Shown in pieces: positions 1 to 11,341 of a stretch of DNA of 64,000 nucleotides. Position 1 is the stretch's first letter. Each line of letters begins with the position of its first letter. The notes under the pieces are model-generated. The model was given only the letters and a program-made list of their open reading frames with translations. It was not told where the DNA came from and ran no database searches. This DNA is from an uncultured candidate division Zixibacteria bacterium (GTDB taxonomy: Bacteria > Zixibacteria > MSB-5A5 > UBA10806 > 4484-95), in the NCBI GenBank assembly GCA_963668625.2, contig CAXXKA010000006.1, positions 352,001 through 416,000 of the forward strand, written 5' to 3'. Position numbers and translations under genes: made by a program.

Positions 1-110
1 ATGAGGAGAATCAGGCTGGTATCGGCGATGTTGTAATGGTTATGGAGACTCGCCCGTTTTCTAAACTAAAAAGATGGCGTTTAACCAAAGTGCTGGAAAA
101 AGCCAAGTAG
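1..110 (+). CDS. rpsQ: 30S ribosomal protein S17 (3' part, truncated by window)
   Basis: Frame from nt 3 reads [35 protein letters not shown], the S17 C-terminus; lies immediately upstream of rplN. Confidence 0.93.
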   Translation, partial: EENQAGIGDVVMVMETRPFSKLKRWRLTKVLEKAK

Positions 111-126
111 CAGGTAGGGTGCGGTT

Positions 127-495
127 ATGATTCAGGAATATTCAAAATTGACGATTTGCGATAACTCCGGGGCTAAAATAGCTCAGTGTTTTCGTATTTT
201 GGGCGGTACCCGCCATCGCTATGCGCGCATCGGTGATATTATCGTCGTGACGGTAAAAGATGCTATACCCGGCGGCGCAGTTAAGAAAAGTGATGTCGTG
301 AAAGCCGTGGTTGTCAGGACAAAAAAAGAAACCCGGCGCAAGGATGGTTCCTATATCAGGTTCTCCGATAACGCCGCTGTTATAATCAACGAACAGGGTG
401 AGCCCAGGGGAACTCGTATTTTCGGACCTGTGGCCAGAGAGCTTCGCGAGAAGAAATTCATGAAAATCGTCTCGCTGGCGCCTGAGGTTTGGTAA
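127..495 (+). CDS. rplN: 50S ribosomal protein L14
   Basis: [32 protein letters not shown] signature. Confidence 0.98.
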   Translation: MIQEYSKLTICDNSGAKIAQCFRILGGTRHRYARIGDIIVVTVKDAIPGGAVKKSDVVKAVVVRTKKETRRKDGSYIRFSDNAAVIINEQGEPRGTRIFGPVARELREKKFMKIVSLAPEVW

Positions 496-516
496 ATCAC
501 CCCGGGAGGATTATAG

Positions 517-828
517 ATGAAAATTCGTAAAGGTGACACAGTAAAAGTAGTATCGGGCAACGATCGGGGTAAGATCGGGAAAGTGCTAAAAACGTTCCCC
601 GAATCCAATCGTGTCATTATCGAGAGCGTTAACCTGATCAAACGTCATACAAGGCCCAGCCAGAGTAACAGGAAGGGCGGTATTGTCGAAAAGGAAGGTT
701 CAGTGCATGTCTCCAATGTCATGCTGTTCGATAACCGGACAAGCGCTCCTGCCCGAATCGGTTATAAATTACTAAATGATGGTACTAAAGTTCGGATTAA
801 TAAAAAATCCGGGGAGATTATTGAATAG
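517..828 (+). CDS. rplX: 50S ribosomal protein L24
   Basis: KOW motif [21 protein letters not shown]; spc operon order. Confidence 0.97.
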   Translation: MKIRKGDTVKVVSGNDRGKIGKVLKTFPESNRVIIESVNLIKRHTRPSQSNRKGGIVEKEGSVHVSNVMLFDNRTSAPARIGYKLLNDGTKVRINKKSGEIIE

Positions 829-830
829 CT

Positions 831-1373
831 ATGGCCAGGTTAAAAGATCAGTACTTTAAAGAAGTCCGGCCCGAGTTGATGAAAAGGCTTGGTTATAAAA
901 ATATTAACCAGGTGCCCAGGCTTAAAGCCATCGTCGTTAATTCGGGAGTCGGAGAGGCTATCGGCGATCATAAAAAACTTGAGGCCGCCGCCGGCGATCT
1001 GAGTATTATCACCGGCCAGAAACCCTCTATCAGACGAGCCAGAAAATCGATCTCGAATTTCAAACTGCGCGAGGGTAACCCCATCGGCGTGACAGTCACG
1101 CTGCGCAGTTACATGATGTACGAGTTCCTGGATCGACTGGTGAATATCGCGATACCCAGAATCAGGGATTTCCGTGGTATCCCATCGAAGTCATTCGATG
1201 GTCGCGGAAACTACACGCTCGGTGTTACCGAGCAAATCATTTTTCCCGAAATCGATTACGATAAAGTGGATAAAATTCGTGGAATGAATATAACCTTCGT
1301 GACGACTGCCAATACGGATTCCGAAGCTTTCGAGCTTTTAAAATCGTTTGGTATGCCGTTTAAGAAAAATTAA
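831..1373 (+). CDS. rplE: 50S ribosomal protein L5
   Basis: [28 protein letters not shown]. Confidence 0.98.
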   Translation: MARLKDQYFKEVRPELMKRLGYKNINQVPRLKAIVVNSGVGEAIGDHKKLEAAAGDLSIITGQKPSIRRARKSISNFKLREGNPIGVTVTLRSYMMYEFLDRLVNIAIPRIRDFRGIPSKSFDGRGNYTLGVTEQIIFPEIDYDKVDKIRGMNITFVTTANTDSEAFELLKSFGMPFKKN

Positions 1374-1384
1374 TAGGAGTTGGT

Positions 1385-1570
1385 GTGGCCAAGAAATGTA
1401 AAATAGCTGCCAGCTTGAAAAAACCTAAATTCAAGGTTCGCCAGTCTAATCGTTGTAAGAGATGCGGCCGCCCGCGCGCTTATATGAGGCGCTTTGGACT
1501 CTGCAGAATTTGCTTCCGAGAGCTGGCGCTTAACGGCGAAATACCCGGCGTGGTAAAAGCAAGCTGGTAG
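1385..1570 (+). CDS. rpsN: 30S ribosomal protein S14, zinc-binding (type Z)
   Basis: 61 aa with CKRCGR..CRIC; GTG start after AGGAG. Confidence 0.97.
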   Translation: MAKKCKIAASLKKPKFKVRQSNRCKRCGRPRAYMRRFGLCRICFRELALNGEIPGVVKASW

Positions 1571-1583
1571 GAGGAATGATAAG

Positions 1584-1982
1584 ATGACTATGACTGATCC
1601 GATTGCTGATTTTATCACCCGAATCAGAAATGCCAGCAGGGCTTCGATCCGGCGGCTCGATGTCCCGGCGTCTAACGCTAAAAAAAGAATCGCCGAGATA
1701 CTCCTGGAGAATAATTTCCTCAGGTCGGTTGATTATATCGAAGATGATAAACAGGGGATACTTCGCATCCGTTTACGTTATACCCGCGAGGGCAAAAGTA
1801 CCATTAAGGGTATACTCAGGATGTCGAAACCCGGCTTAAGAGTTTATATGGGTAAAAAAGAACTCCACAGGGGTTCCAGAAGACCCGGTGTTGTGGTACT
1901 AACCACCTCCTCAGGCGTGATGACCAGTACGGACGCGGTGGTTAAAGGTGTTGGCGGCGAAGCTTTGTTCAGGATATGGTAG
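1584..1982 (+). CDS. rpsH: 30S ribosomal protein S8
   Basis: TDPIADFITRIRNA..SKPGLRVY..GGE. Confidence 0.97.
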   Translation: MTMTDPIADFITRIRNASRASIRRLDVPASNAKKRIAEILLENNFLRSVDYIEDDKQGILRIRLRYTREGKSTIKGILRMSKPGLRVYMGKKELHRGSRRPGVVVLTTSSGVMTSTDAVVKGVGGEALFRIW

Positions 1983-1994
1983 GAGGTATCTAAG

Positions 1995-2534
1995 ATGTCA
2001 CGAATAGGTAAACTACCGATAAAGATTCCTGCCGGAGTGAAAGTCTCCATGGACGGTACTCGTTGTCACGTGGAGGGACCGAAAGGCAAGCTTTTCGAAA
2101 ACATCCACGGCGATATTATCGTAGATATCGGCCAGGAGGAAATCAACGTCAAGCGCCCGACCGATGCCAAGTATCACAGAGCGCTTCACGGTCTTTCACG
2201 CGCGTTGATTAATAATATGGTGGTTGGCGTAACTGACGGATTCAAGATCAATCTCGAAATTATCGGTGTCGGTTATCGTGCCGAGAAAACCGGTAAGTCC
2301 GTTACCTTCCATCTCGGCTATTCGCACCCGATTACGCTGGTGCCCCCGCCGGAAGTTACAGTTGAAGTTGAGGGAAATAACAAAGTCAGTGTTATTGGCA
2401 TTAACAAGCAAATTGTCGGCCAGATCGCCTCTGAGATCAGGGGATTCAGGCCGCCCGAGCCGTACAAAGGCAAAGGTGTCAAGTACGCTGATGAACAAAT
2501 CAGAAGAAAAGCTGGTAAGACGGCAGGTGCGTAA
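1995..2534 (+). CDS. rplF: 50S ribosomal protein L6
   Basis: MSRIGKLPI..RPPEPYKGKGVKY. Confidence 0.98.
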   Translation: MSRIGKLPIKIPAGVKVSMDGTRCHVEGPKGKLFENIHGDIIVDIGQEEINVKRPTDAKYHRALHGLSRALINNMVVGVTDGFKINLEIIGVGYRAEKTGKSVTFHLGYSHPITLVPPPEVTVEVEGNNKVSVIGINKQIVGQIASEIRGFRPPEPYKGKGVKYADEQIRRKAGKTAGA

Positions 2535-2536
2535 TT

Positions 2537-2902
2537 ATGTCTAATCAACAGATAACAAAGAGAAAATCTCATTTAAAGCGTAAACTCCGCACCAAGAAAA
2601 AATTAGTGGGTAGCGCGGAGCGTCCCCGGATGACCGTTTATAAATCACTGAATCATATCTATGTTCAGTTGGTTGATGATCTCGGTCAGAAATGCCTGTG
2701 TGGAGTTTCCTCACTGACTAAAGAGCTTTCCGGGGAGAAAGTGAATAAAACCGAGAAAGCCACTAAGGTCGGGGAAATGATGGGTAAAATAGCTACCGAA
2801 AAAGGTATCCAGTCCATCATCTTCGACAGGTCAGGGTATCAATATCACGGCCGCGTTAAAGCCGTAGCCGAGGGTGCCCGTAAAGGCGGATTAAAATTTT
2901 AA
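2537..2902 (+). CDS. rplR: 50S ribosomal protein L18
   Basis: [35 protein letters not shown]. Confidence 0.97.
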   Translation: MSNQQITKRKSHLKRKLRTKKKLVGSAERPRMTVYKSLNHIYVQLVDDLGQKCLCGVSSLTKELSGEKVNKTEKATKVGEMMGKIATEKGIQSIIFDRSGYQYHGRVKAVAEGARKGGLKF

Positions 2903-2926
2903 TTATCAATAAACGGAGAGGTTTCT

Positions 2927-3418
2927 TTGGCATATTTTGATAACTCGGAATCAGAATTCGAAGAGAAGGTAGTGAATGTAAACCGTGTCGCCAAAGTCGT
3001 AAAAGGCGGACGCCGTTTTAAATTCACCGCGCTTGTAGCCGCCGGCGATAAAAAAGGAAAAGTCGGTATTGGGCATGGTAAAGCCTCCGAGGTGGTCGAT
3101 GCTATCCGTAAAGCCAGCGAGGCCGCTCGTAAGGATATGATCGACGTCAACCTTATCGAGGGTACCATCTCTCACGAAGTGACTGGTCGATTCGGCGCTG
3201 CCAGCGTTCTCTTGAAACCGGCCTCCGCCGGTACCGGTGTAATAGCCGGTGGTCCGGTCAGGGCGGTATTAGAGTCCTGCGGTGTGCAGGATGTACTGAC
3301 CAAGTCGTTGGGTTCACCGAACCCTTACAACGTCATCAAAGCCACCATGAACGGCTTGCAACAGTTGATCGAGATCGAAGGTTTGATCGAAGCTCGCAAA
3401 AACGTGGAGAAGAGCTGA
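2927..3418 (+). CDS. rpsE: 30S ribosomal protein S5
   Basis: [24 protein letters not shown]; TTG start. Confidence 0.97.
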   Translation: MAYFDNSESEFEEKVVNVNRVAKVVKGGRRFKFTALVAAGDKKGKVGIGHGKASEVVDAIRKASEAARKDMIDVNLIEGTISHEVTGRFGAASVLLKPASAGTGVIAGGPVRAVLESCGVQDVLTKSLGSPNPYNVIKATMNGLQQLIEIEGLIEARKNVEKS

Positions 3419-3600
3419 TGGCAAATCAAATCAAAATTCAACAAGTTAAAGGTGTCGCGGGCACCTCGCAGCATCAAAGAAGGGTGCTGGAATCCCTGGG
3501 ACTTCGTCATAGAGAGCATATCGTCACTCATGATGATACCCCACAGATTCGCGGAATGGTCAACAAAGTTTTTCATCTGGTAAAAGTACTGGATAACTAA
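3418..3600 (+). CDS. rpmD: 50S ribosomal protein L30
   Basis: 60 aa with LGLR..DTPQIRGMVNKVFHLV; operon position. Confidence 0.95.
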   Translation: MANQIKIQQVKGVAGTSQHQRRVLESLGLRHREHIVTHDDTPQIRGMVNKVFHLVKVLDN

Positions 3601-3611
3601 GAAGGGTTATT

Positions 3612-4055
3612 ATGGATCTGAATAGTTTAAAACCGGCACCCGGCGCAAAACGAGAGCGTAAGCGAGTCGGGCGTGGTCCAGGTTCCGGGACAGGTTCGCA
3701 AAGCGGTAAGGGTCATAAAGGACAAAAAGCGAGATCCGGCTACAAGAGCAAAGCCTGGAACGAGGGCGGCCAGATGCCGATTGCGCGTCGCTTACCTAAA
3801 CGCGGTTTCACCAATATCTTCAAAAAAGAATGGCAGATTGTCAATCTCGGCGCTCTCGGTAAACTCGGTTTGGACTTAATCGATAAAGATATTTTACTCA
3901 AAAATAGAACTCTCAAAAGCCGTCGCTTGCCTTTCAAAGTGCTCGGTAACGGCGAAATCGAAAAACCGATTACTATCAAGGCGGATGCGTTTTCCAAAAC
4001 GGCAATCGAGAAAATAGAGAAGGCGGGCGGAAAGGCTGAGGTGATAAAGTGCTAG
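3612..4055 (+). CDS. rplO: 50S ribosomal protein L15
   Basis: RVGRGPGSG..GHKGQKARSG..EGGQMPIARRLPKRGF. Confidence 0.98.
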   Translation: MDLNSLKPAPGAKRERKRVGRGPGSGTGSQSGKGHKGQKARSGYKSKAWNEGGQMPIARRLPKRGFTNIFKKEWQIVNLGALGKLGLDLIDKDILLKNRTLKSRRLPFKVLGNGEIEKPITIKADAFSKTAIEKIEKAGGKAEVIKC

Positions 4056-5362
4056 ATAGTTTTAAAAATATCTTCAAAATTCACGAACTTCGTCAGCGCG
4101 TGCTTTTCACCCTTGGTATTTTTATTGTCTATCGTATCGGTGGCCATATTCCTACTCCCGGCGTTGACGCTCAGGCGTTAGGCGAATTTTTCCAGCAGGC
4201 CTCCGGTTCACTTTTCGGGATGTACGATCTTTTCGTCGGCGGAGCGTTCTCCAAAGCAACGATATTCTCGCTGGGTATCATGCCATATATCTCCGCTTCG
4301 ATTATTTTCCAGCTCTTAGGCGCGGTGATCCCGTTCCTTCAACGCCTCCAGAAAGAGGGCGAAGAAGGCCGCCGGAAGATCACCCAGTATACCAGGTATG
4401 GAACCGTTGTCATCGCCATGCTACAGTCATTCGGTACGGCGGTATTTCTGGAGTCCATTACCACGAGTACCGGTAAAGCGGTCGTTCCGATTCCCGGTAT
4501 CGGCTTCAAGTTCTTGACGATTATTACGTTCACATGCGGTACCATCTTTATCATGTGGCTGGGTGAAAAAATCACCGAGCGCGGTATCGGTAATGGTATC
4601 TCATTGATCATTTTCATAGGTATTATAGCGAGATTCCCTACATCGGTAATAGACGAGGTAAGGTTGATCTTTGCCGGCCAGCGTTCGATAATAACCGAGT
4701 TGATTATCATAGCCATGATGCTCCTGGTAATTGCCTCGATTATCCTGGTCACGCGAGCTCAACGGAAGGTGCCGGTACAATATGCCAAGCGGGTTGTCGG
4801 ACGAAAAATGTACGGCGGTATGAGTACTCATATTCCACTGTCTGTCAACACTGCTGGTGTTATCCCGATCATCTTTGCTCAGTCGATCATGTTCGCGCCT
4901 TCGACATTAACATCGTTTTTCCCGAATTCGGAGGCAATGCAGACAGTTGCCTCGTGGTTTAATCCCGGCGCGTTCCTATATTCGATCGTCTACGGCTTGC
5001 TTATCGTATTCTTCGCTTATTTCTATACAGCTATTGTTTTCAATCCGATTGATCTTGCGGACAACATGAAAAAGCAGGGTGGTTTTATCCCTGGTATTCG
5101 CCCCGGACAGAAAACCGCTGAATACATAGACTACATCCTTACCCGTATCACCTTGCCGGGCGCTATCTTCTTCGCTTTAATAGCGATACTGCCATACATC
5201 CTGATTGCCCAGGCAAACGTGACATTCTATTTCGGCGGTACGGGCTTGCTGATCATCGTTGGCGTGGCGCTCGATACGTTGCAACAAATCGAGTCACATC
5301 TGCTTATGCGCCACTATGATGGTTTCATGAAAAAAGGTAAAATGAAAGGCAGGTATTCCTGA
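4049..5362 (+). CDS. secY: Preprotein translocase subunit SecY
   Basis: SLGIMPYISASII..WLGEKITERGIGNGISL..GGTGLLIIVGV. Confidence 0.98.
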   Translation: MLDSFKNIFKIHELRQRVLFTLGIFIVYRIGGHIPTPGVDAQALGEFFQQASGSLFGMYDLFVGGAFSKATIFSLGIMPYISASIIFQLLGAVIPFLQRLQKEGEEGRRKITQYTRYGTVVIAMLQSFGTAVFLESITTSTGKAVVPIPGIGFKFLTIITFTCGTIFIMWLGEKITERGIGNGISLIIFIGIIARFPTSVIDEVRLIFAGQRSIITELIIIAMMLLVIASIILVTRAQRKVPVQYAKRVVGRKMYGGMSTHIPLSVNTAGVIPIIFAQSIMFAPSTLTSFFPNSEAMQTVASWFNPGAFLYSIVYGLLIVFFAYFYTAIVFNPIDLADNMKKQGGFIPGIRPGQKTAEYIDYILTRITLPGAIFFALIAILPYILIAQANVTFYFGGTGLLIIVGVALDTLQQIESHLLMRHYDGFMKKGKMKGRYS

Positions 5363-5997
5363 TGCGTTTGGTGTTTTTAGGCCCTCCCGGATCTGGAAAA
5401 GGCACGCAGGCCAAGATCCTGGCTGAAAAAAGAGGAATGAAACATATATCAACCGGTGATGTTTTGAGGGATGCTGTGAAAAACGGCACCGATCTGGGCA
5501 CCAAAGCTAAACAATTCATGGATGCCGGCGATCTCGTTCCTGATGATGTAATTCTCGGAATGATAAAAGAAATATTGCAAATTACGAAAGATAACTTTAT
5601 ATTTGATGGTTTTCCGCGAACAGCGGCTCAGGCCGATGGTCTGGATAAGTTAATGGATGAGTTAAACATCCAGATTGATGCCGCGATTAATCTGGCGGTC
5701 TCCGATGATGAAGTGCTTAAACGTTTGACTGGCAGATTCTTCTGCTCTAATTGCGGTTCGGACTTCAATGTAAACACCAGGCCTCCCCAGAAGGAAGGCG
5801 TTTGTGATAAATGCGGCGGCCAGCTAAAACAGCGGGATGACGATAAAACCGAGGTGATTTCCAACAGGCTTCAGGTTTACCGCGATAAAACGAAACCGGT
5901 AGAGGACTATTATCGTTCTCGTAGCGTGTTAAAGGAAGTTGACGGAGCCCAGGATTTCGGCCAGGTAACCGCCTCGATTGTTGAGGTCGTAGGTTAA
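5362..5997 (+). CDS. adk: Adenylate kinase (zinc-lid type)
   Basis: P-loop GPPGSGKGTQ, DGFPRT, CxxC..CxxC lid. Confidence 0.97.
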   Translation: MRLVFLGPPGSGKGTQAKILAEKRGMKHISTGDVLRDAVKNGTDLGTKAKQFMDAGDLVPDDVILGMIKEILQITKDNFIFDGFPRTAAQADGLDKLMDELNIQIDAAINLAVSDDEVLKRLTGRFFCSNCGSDFNVNTRPPQKEGVCDKCGGQLKQRDDDKTEVISNRLQVYRDKTKPVEDYYRSRSVLKEVDGAQDFGQVTASIVEVVG

Positions 5998-5998
5998 T

Positions 5999-6742
5999 AT
6001 GATTATTTACAAGTCGCCAAAAGAAATCGAGAAAATTCGGGCGGCTGGAGCTATTGTCAGAAAAACTCTGAACTTGCTCTCTGAAAATATAAAACCTGGA
6101 ATTACCACCGGGGAGCTCGACGAGATGGCGGAGGAGCTTATTCGCTCGCATGACGCCGTGCCGTCGTTTAAAGGCTACAATGGCTTTCCCGGCAGTATCT
6201 GTGCCTCTATTGATGATGAGGTCGTGCATGGTATTCCCGGCTCGCGGAAACTTATCGAGGGCCAGATAATCGGTGTGGATGTGGGCGCCTACAAGGATGG
6301 TTACCACGGTGACGCCGCCTGGACTTTCGCGGTCGGGGAAATCGATGATGAGACGAAGAAAATAATGGAGGTCGGCGAGGAGTGCTTAAGGCGAGGAATC
6401 GATCAAGCCAGAGCGGGCAACCATCTGGGGGATATCGGTCACGCCATTCAGGAATACGCAGAATCGCATGATTACTCGGTGGTAAGGGATCTGGTCGGTC
6501 ATGGAATCGGCAGGAAACTACACGAGGAACCGCAGGTTCCGCATTATGGCAAGGCCGGCACCGGTGTTCTGCTGAAACCGGGATTGGTAATCGCTATCGA
6601 GCCGATGATAAACGTTGGCGTGTTTCAGGTAAACGTGAAGAAAGATAACTGGACAATCGTCACTGCCGACGGCAAGCGATCAGTCCACTTCGAGAACACG
6701 ATAGCCGTCACCGAAAACGGTCCGGTTATTTTAACGAAGTAG
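5999..6742 (+). CDS. map: Methionine aminopeptidase type I
   Basis: VVHGIP, DGYHGD, GHGIG..HEEP, IEPM. Confidence 0.97.
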   Translation: MIIYKSPKEIEKIRAAGAIVRKTLNLLSENIKPGITTGELDEMAEELIRSHDAVPSFKGYNGFPGSICASIDDEVVHGIPGSRKLIEGQIIGVDVGAYKDGYHGDAAWTFAVGEIDDETKKIMEVGEECLRRGIDQARAGNHLGDIGHAIQEYAESHDYSVVRDLVGHGIGRKLHEEPQVPHYGKAGTGVLLKPGLVIAIEPMINVGVFQVNVKKDNWTIVTADGKRSVHFENTIAVTENGPVILTK

Positions 6743-6756
6743 TATTACGAGGGTAG

Positions 6757-6975
6757 ATGGCTAAGGAAGATGTAATAGAGGTTGAAGGCAGAGTGATAGA
6801 ACCGTTGCCGAACGCCATGTTTCGCGTGGAATTGGATAATGGTCATCAGGTGCTGGCCCATATCTCGGGTAAGATGAGAATGCATTTTATAAAGATTCTT
6901 CCCGGGGATAAGGTGACATTAGAGCTTTCACCTTATGATTTAAACCGTGGCCGGATAACCTACAGACATAAATAA
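6757..6975 (+). CDS. infA: Translation initiation factor IF-1
   Basis: [32 protein letters not shown]. Confidence 0.98.
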   Translation: MAKEDVIEVEGRVIEPLPNAMFRVELDNGHQVLAHISGKMRMHFIKILPGDKVTLELSPYDLNRGRITYRHK

Positions 6976-6997
6976 CTCTGTAAAGAGGAGCGTAGTC

Positions 6998-7111
6998 GTG
7001 AAAGTACGGTCGTCTGTAAAAGTGCGTTGTGAAAAATGTAAAATAATAAGACGTAAAGGCGTTGTAAGGGTTATTTGCACTAATCCCAAACATAAGCAGC
7101 GTCAGGGCTAA
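6998..7111 (+). CDS. rpmJ: 50S ribosomal protein L36 (not in ORF track, 37 aa)
   Basis: GTG start after GAGGAG; [37 protein letters not shown]. Confidence 0.96.
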   Translation: MKVRSSVKVRCEKCKIIRRKGVVRVICTNPKHKQRQG

Positions 7112-7124
7112 AAGGAGGTCTCGA

Positions 7125-7496
7125 TTGGCTCGTATAGCGGGTGTAGATTTGCCGCGTAACAAAAGGATTGAGGTCGCTTTAACTTATATTTTCGGTATCG
7201 GGCATACCACTGCGAGAAAAATTATCGAGACCAGTGGAATCAACGCTGATATCAGGGTAAACAAGTTATCAGATGATGACGTCAATAAACTGAGAAATGT
7301 AATCGAACAGGATTACAAAGTAGAGGGTTCGCTTCGTACCGAAATCAACATGAATATCAAACGCTTGATTGATATCGGTTCGTATCGCGGGCTTCGCCAC
7401 CGTCGAGGCTTGCCTTTAAACGGCCAGCGTACCAAGACGAATGCCCGTACCCGAAAAGGTCCGAAAAAGACCATAGGTAGGAAAAAGAAATCTTAA
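7125..7496 (+). CDS. rpsM: 30S ribosomal protein S13
   Basis: [34 protein letters not shown]; TTG start. Confidence 0.98.
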   Translation: MARIAGVDLPRNKRIEVALTYIFGIGHTTARKIIETSGINADIRVNKLSDDDVNKLRNVIEQDYKVEGSLRTEINMNIKRLIDIGSYRGLRHRRGLPLNGQRTKTNARTRKGPKKTIGRKKKS

Positions 7497-7513
7497 TATA
7501 AACGGAGGAAAGA

Positions 7514-7909
7514 TTGGCTGAGTCTTCTAAAAGAAGAAGAACCAAGAAAAAAGCGAAAAAAGTAGATGCTCGTGGAGTGGTGTATATTAAAGCATCATTT
7601 AACAACACGATTATTACTATTACCGATATGAAAGGTAACGTGATAAGCTGGGGTACCGCGGGTAAAGCCGGTTTTAAAGGCTCGAAAAAGTCTACGCCGT
7701 TCGCTGCCCAGGTCGCCGCTCAAGCTTGCGCTAAAGAGGCGATGGATATGGGCCTGAGAAAGGTTGAAGTTAAGGTGAAAGGTCCCGGCTCGGGACGTGA
7801 GGCGACGATCAGGTCGATACAGGCCGCCGGACTGGAAATCACCGCTATCAGGGATGTCACGCCGATTCCTCATAATGGCTGCCGTCCGCCTAAGAAGAGA
7901 AGGGTTTAA
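7514..7909 (+). CDS. rpsK: 30S ribosomal protein S11
   Basis: [35 protein letters not shown]. Confidence 0.98.
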   Translation: MAESSKRRRTKKKAKKVDARGVVYIKASFNNTIITITDMKGNVISWGTAGKAGFKGSKKSTPFAAQVAAQACAKEAMDMGLRKVEVKVKGPGSGREATIRSIQAAGLEITAIRDVTPIPHNGCRPPKKRRV

Positions 7910-7912
7910 TGT

Positions 7913-8542
7913 ATGGCCAGGTATCGTGATGCCAACTGTAAGCTCTGCCGCCGCGAGGGCATGAAGCTGTTTTTAAAGGGCACTCGCTGCTTATCTGAAA
8001 AATGCGCTTTCGATCGCCGTGGATATGCTCCCGGTCAGCATGGTCAGCGCGGAAGACGCAAAGGCTCAGAATACGGATTACAGCTCCGCGAAAAGCAGAA
8101 AGTCCGTCGTATTTACGGCGTTCTGGAAAAACAATTCCGTAACTATTTCAAAAAAGCCGCCCGGAAAAAAGGCGTAACCGGTGAAATCCTCCTGCAGCTT
8201 CTAGAAAGCAGGCTGGATAACCTGGTTTACCGCCTCGGATTCGCACCGTCAAGAAAAACTGCCAGACAATTGGTCAGGCACAGTCATTTCATGGTTGATG
8301 GCAAGAAGGTTAACATTCCGTCCTTCGAGGTCAAACCGGGTAACGTTATAAGCGTTAACGAAAAAAGCCGCAATCTTGATATAATTCACGCCGCTTTGAA
8401 AGAATCGGCTAAAGCTGTCGATATCGACTGGCTGAAAATCGATAAAGTCAAGATGGAAGGCGAGCTATTAGAGGTGCCGGAACGCACTCAGATTCCTGTA
8501 CTGGTACAGGAGCAGATGATAGTGGAGTTGTATTCTAAGTAG
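7913..8542 (+). CDS. rpsD: 30S ribosomal protein S4
   Basis: [28 protein letters not shown]. Confidence 0.98.
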   Translation: MARYRDANCKLCRREGMKLFLKGTRCLSEKCAFDRRGYAPGQHGQRGRRKGSEYGLQLREKQKVRRIYGVLEKQFRNYFKKAARKKGVTGEILLQLLESRLDNLVYRLGFAPSRKTARQLVRHSHFMVDGKKVNIPSFEVKPGNVISVNEKSRNLDIIHAALKESAKAVDIDWLKIDKVKMEGELLEVPERTQIPVLVQEQMIVELYSK

Positions 8543-8585
8543 TCGATAAATTTACGAATTTTGGATTTGTGGAGGCTAACTGCCT

Positions 8586-9581
8586 ATGAAATGGAAAAGC
8601 ATACAAATGCCCAAGGAGTTAGTGGTTGAAGAGGAGTCCTCTGATCATACATATGGCAGGTTTGTTATTGAGCCACTTGAACGTGGTTTCGGCCAAACCA
8701 TAGGCAATGCTATGAGACGAGTTTTACTCTCCTCTATTCAGGGCGCCGCCTTTACCTCGATGCGTATCGATGGTGTCTTGCATGAATTTACCACTATTCC
8801 GGGCGTATATGAGAACATTACCGATATTGTTTTGAATATTAAACAGATAAATTTGAAACTTGTCGGAGATGCCCCTAAAATAGTTACTCTGAATATTAAA
8901 GAGAAAGGCGATTACAAGGCGGCCAATCTCGAGCATGATGCCGATCTGGAGATATTGAATCCCGATCAGCATATCCTGACACTCACCGATGATACGGTGT
9001 TTAAGATGGAACTCGAAGTCGGTAGCGGTCGCGGTTTCGTTACCTCGGATGGTAACAAAAAACCCGATCAGCCGCTCGGTATTGTTCCGCTCGATTCGCA
9101 ATTCTCACCGATCACGAAAGTCAATTTCGAGGTCGAGAACACACGTGTCGGCCAGCGCACCGATTTCGACAAGCTGATTATTCATATCTGGACTACCGGC
9201 GCTGTCACTCCGGATGAATCGCTCTCGTTTGCCGCGAAACTGCTGAAAGACCATCTCAACGTATTCGGCCACGCCGAACAGGAGATGGAAATCGCCGAGG
9301 AAGAGAAAGTCGACGAGGAAATCTTGCGCATCCGTAACCTTCTGAAAATGCGGGTTGATGAGCTGGAGTTGTCCGTTCGCTCATCCAATTGCCTCCACGC
9401 CGCAAACATCGTTACATTGGAAGACCTGGTGCACAAGACCGAAAGCGAGATGCTTCGCTATCGTAATTTCGGCAGAAAGTCGCTGAATGAGCTTAATAAT
9501 ATCTTAAGCGAACTCGGCCTTTCGTTTGGTATGGATGTTGATAAATTTAAAGAAGATAGTGCAAAAGTTAAGGCTAGTTAA
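8586..9581 (+). CDS. rpoA: RNA polymerase alpha subunit
   Basis: EPLERGFGQTIGNAMRRVLLSS..ELSVRSSNCL..NFGRKSLNE. Confidence 0.98.
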   Translation: MKWKSIQMPKELVVEEESSDHTYGRFVIEPLERGFGQTIGNAMRRVLLSSIQGAAFTSMRIDGVLHEFTTIPGVYENITDIVLNIKQINLKLVGDAPKIVTLNIKEKGDYKAANLEHDADLEILNPDQHILTLTDDTVFKMELEVGSGRGFVTSDGNKKPDQPLGIVPLDSQFSPITKVNFEVENTRVGQRTDFDKLIIHIWTTGAVTPDESLSFAAKLLKDHLNVFGHAEQEMEIAEEEKVDEEILRIRNLLKMRVDELELSVRSSNCLHAANIVTLEDLVHKTESEMLRYRNFGRKSLNELNNILSELGLSFGMDVDKFKEDSAKVKAS

Positions 9582-9583
9582 AA

Positions 9584-10051
9584 ATGCGTCATAGAAGATC
9601 AATACCCAAACTTGGAGTTAAGACAGCTCATCGCAAAGCTATCCTCTCCAACATGGCGATGTCGCTTATAGATCATGGCCAGATTCAGACTACCGTTTCA
9701 AGAGCTAAGGCTTTAGTCCCGGTTGTCTCAAAACTGATAACTATGGCTAAAAGGGATGATGTTCACTCTCGTCGCCTGGCCGCCACGACTATAAAGAAGA
9801 AAGAACTCCTCAAGAAACTCTTTGAGGAGGTCGCCCCGGAATTTAAAGATCGCCCCGGTGGTTACACAAGGGTTATTCGCTCCGGTTTCAGGAAAGGCGA
9901 TGGCGCATCATTGGCCGTCGTTCAGCTTCTTGTAGAAAAGAAAGTCGAGGAGGAAGAGTCGGAGAAAAAAGGTAAAGGCGAAAAGAAAAAAGCCAAAGCC
10001 AAAGCTACCTCCAAGAAAGTTAGCAAGAAGAAAGAAGCAAAAGCTCAATAG
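9584..10051 (+). CDS. rplQ: 50S ribosomal protein L17 with Lys/Glu-rich C-terminal tail
   Basis: MRHRR..HRKAIL.N..RPGGYTRV..RKGD. Confidence 0.96.
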   Translation: MRHRRSIPKLGVKTAHRKAILSNMAMSLIDHGQIQTTVSRAKALVPVVSKLITMAKRDDVHSRRLAATTIKKKELLKKLFEEVAPEFKDRPGGYTRVIRSGFRKGDGASLAVVQLLVEKKVEEEESEKKGKGEKKKAKAKATSKKVSKKKEAKAQ

Positions 10052-10088
10052 AGATAAAACTTTTGCTTGTGATATTTGCGATAAGATT

Positions 10089-10119
10089 AAGGCGGACACC
10101 AGTTCCGCCTTTATTTTTT
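10089..10119 (+). terminator. Intrinsic terminator ending the ribosomal cluster
   Basis: Stem AAGGCGGA / TCCGCCTT followed by TATTTTTT. Confidence 0.7.
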
Positions 10120-10159
10120 AAGCTTTACTTTTAACCTTAAAACAGTTAGTTTTTTTATT

Positions 10160-11341
10160 ATGCGTAAATTTAGAAGAGTTTGTTTACTTATCCTGGATGC
10201 CTGTGGGGCGGGCGAGCTGCCAGATGCCTCCGAGTATGGTGATACCGGTTCGAACACTTTCGGCAATATTGCAAAGCATATGGGTGGACTCGATATGCCT
10301 AATATGGGTGAATTCGGTCTGGGAAATATCATCGATATAAAAGGTGTTCCACCTGTTGAGAAACCGAAAGCTTATCATGGTAAAATGGCCGAGATTTCCA
10401 AAGGCAAAGACTCGACGATAGGGCACTGGGAAATAGCCGGGCTGGTCAGCCGGGAATCGTTTCCCGTATACCCCGACGGTTTCCCGGATGAAGTGATCGA
10501 TAGATTCAAGCGGTTGACCGGTCGCGGAGTGCTGGGCAATAAACCGGCTTCGGGAACCGAGATAATCGCCGAACTTGGCGAGCAGCACATGAAAACCAGT
10601 GATCTGATAGTTTACACCTCGGCCGATTCCGTATTTCAAATCGCGGCTCATACCGATATCATCCCGTTGCAGGAGTTGTATCGATACTGTGAACTGGCGC
10701 GCGAGATGCTTCAAGGACGGCATGGTGTGTCGAGGGTTATCGCCCGACCTTTTATCGGTAAACCCGGTAATTTCACCCGAACTCCCGATCGCAAGGACTT
10801 CTCGCTGGTGCCACCACAAAATACCATTCTGGATATTCTTAAAGACAGAGGCATGGAGGTAATCACCGTCGGTAAAGTGGACTATCTGTTCGCCGAACGC
10901 GGTGTGACAAAAACGAATCACACCAAATCGAATCAACATGGCATAGATACTACTATTGAGCTTTTATCCAAGGAAAAATTCGAGGGTTTGCTGTTTGTCA
11001 ACCTGGTCGATTTCGATATGCTCTGGGGACATCGCAATAATGTCGAGGAGTTCGCTGAAGGGCTGGAGTATTTCGACAGCCGTCTACCTGAGATAGTAAA
11101 TTCGCTCAATGATGATGATCTGTTGATTATAACCGCCGACCACGGCTGCGACCCGACGACGATCTCAACTGATCACTCCCGTGAATATGTTCCTTTGATA
11201 GTCTTTTCCAGCAAGTTTGACGGTCACGGCGGCGATCTCGGGATAAGATCGACTTTTGCCGATGTCGCGGCGACTATCGCCGATATATTCGAAGTTGATG
11301 GTATTGAAGTTGGAACGAGTTTTAACGGGGAGTTGAAATGA
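10160..11341 (+). CDS. deoB: Phosphopentomutase
   Basis: [43 protein letters not shown]. Confidence 0.95.
   Translation: MRKFRRVCLLILDACGAGELPDASEYGDTGSNTFGNIAKHMGGLDMPNMGEFGLGNIIDIKGVPPVEKPKAYHGKMAEISKGKDSTIGHWEIAGLVSRESFPVYPDGFPDEVIDRFKRLTGRGVLGNKPASGTEIIAELGEQHMKTSDLIVYTSADSVFQIAAHTDIIPLQELYRYCELAREMLQGRHGVSRVIARPFIGKPGNFTRTPDRKDFSLVPPQNTILDILKDRGMEVITVGKVDYLFAERGVTKTNHTKSNQHGIDTTIELLSKEKFEGLLFVNLVDFDMLWGHRNNVEEFAEGLEYFDSRLPEIVNSLNDDDLLIITADHGCDPTTISTDHSREYVPLIVFSSKFDGHGGDLGIRSTFADVAATIADIFEVDGIEVGTSFNGELK

Noticed and set aside
10184-10939. 251-aa antisense ORF and many similar shadow ORFs throughout the window
   Set aside because: They fully overlap well-conserved genes on the opposite strand or frame and have no recognisable motifs.
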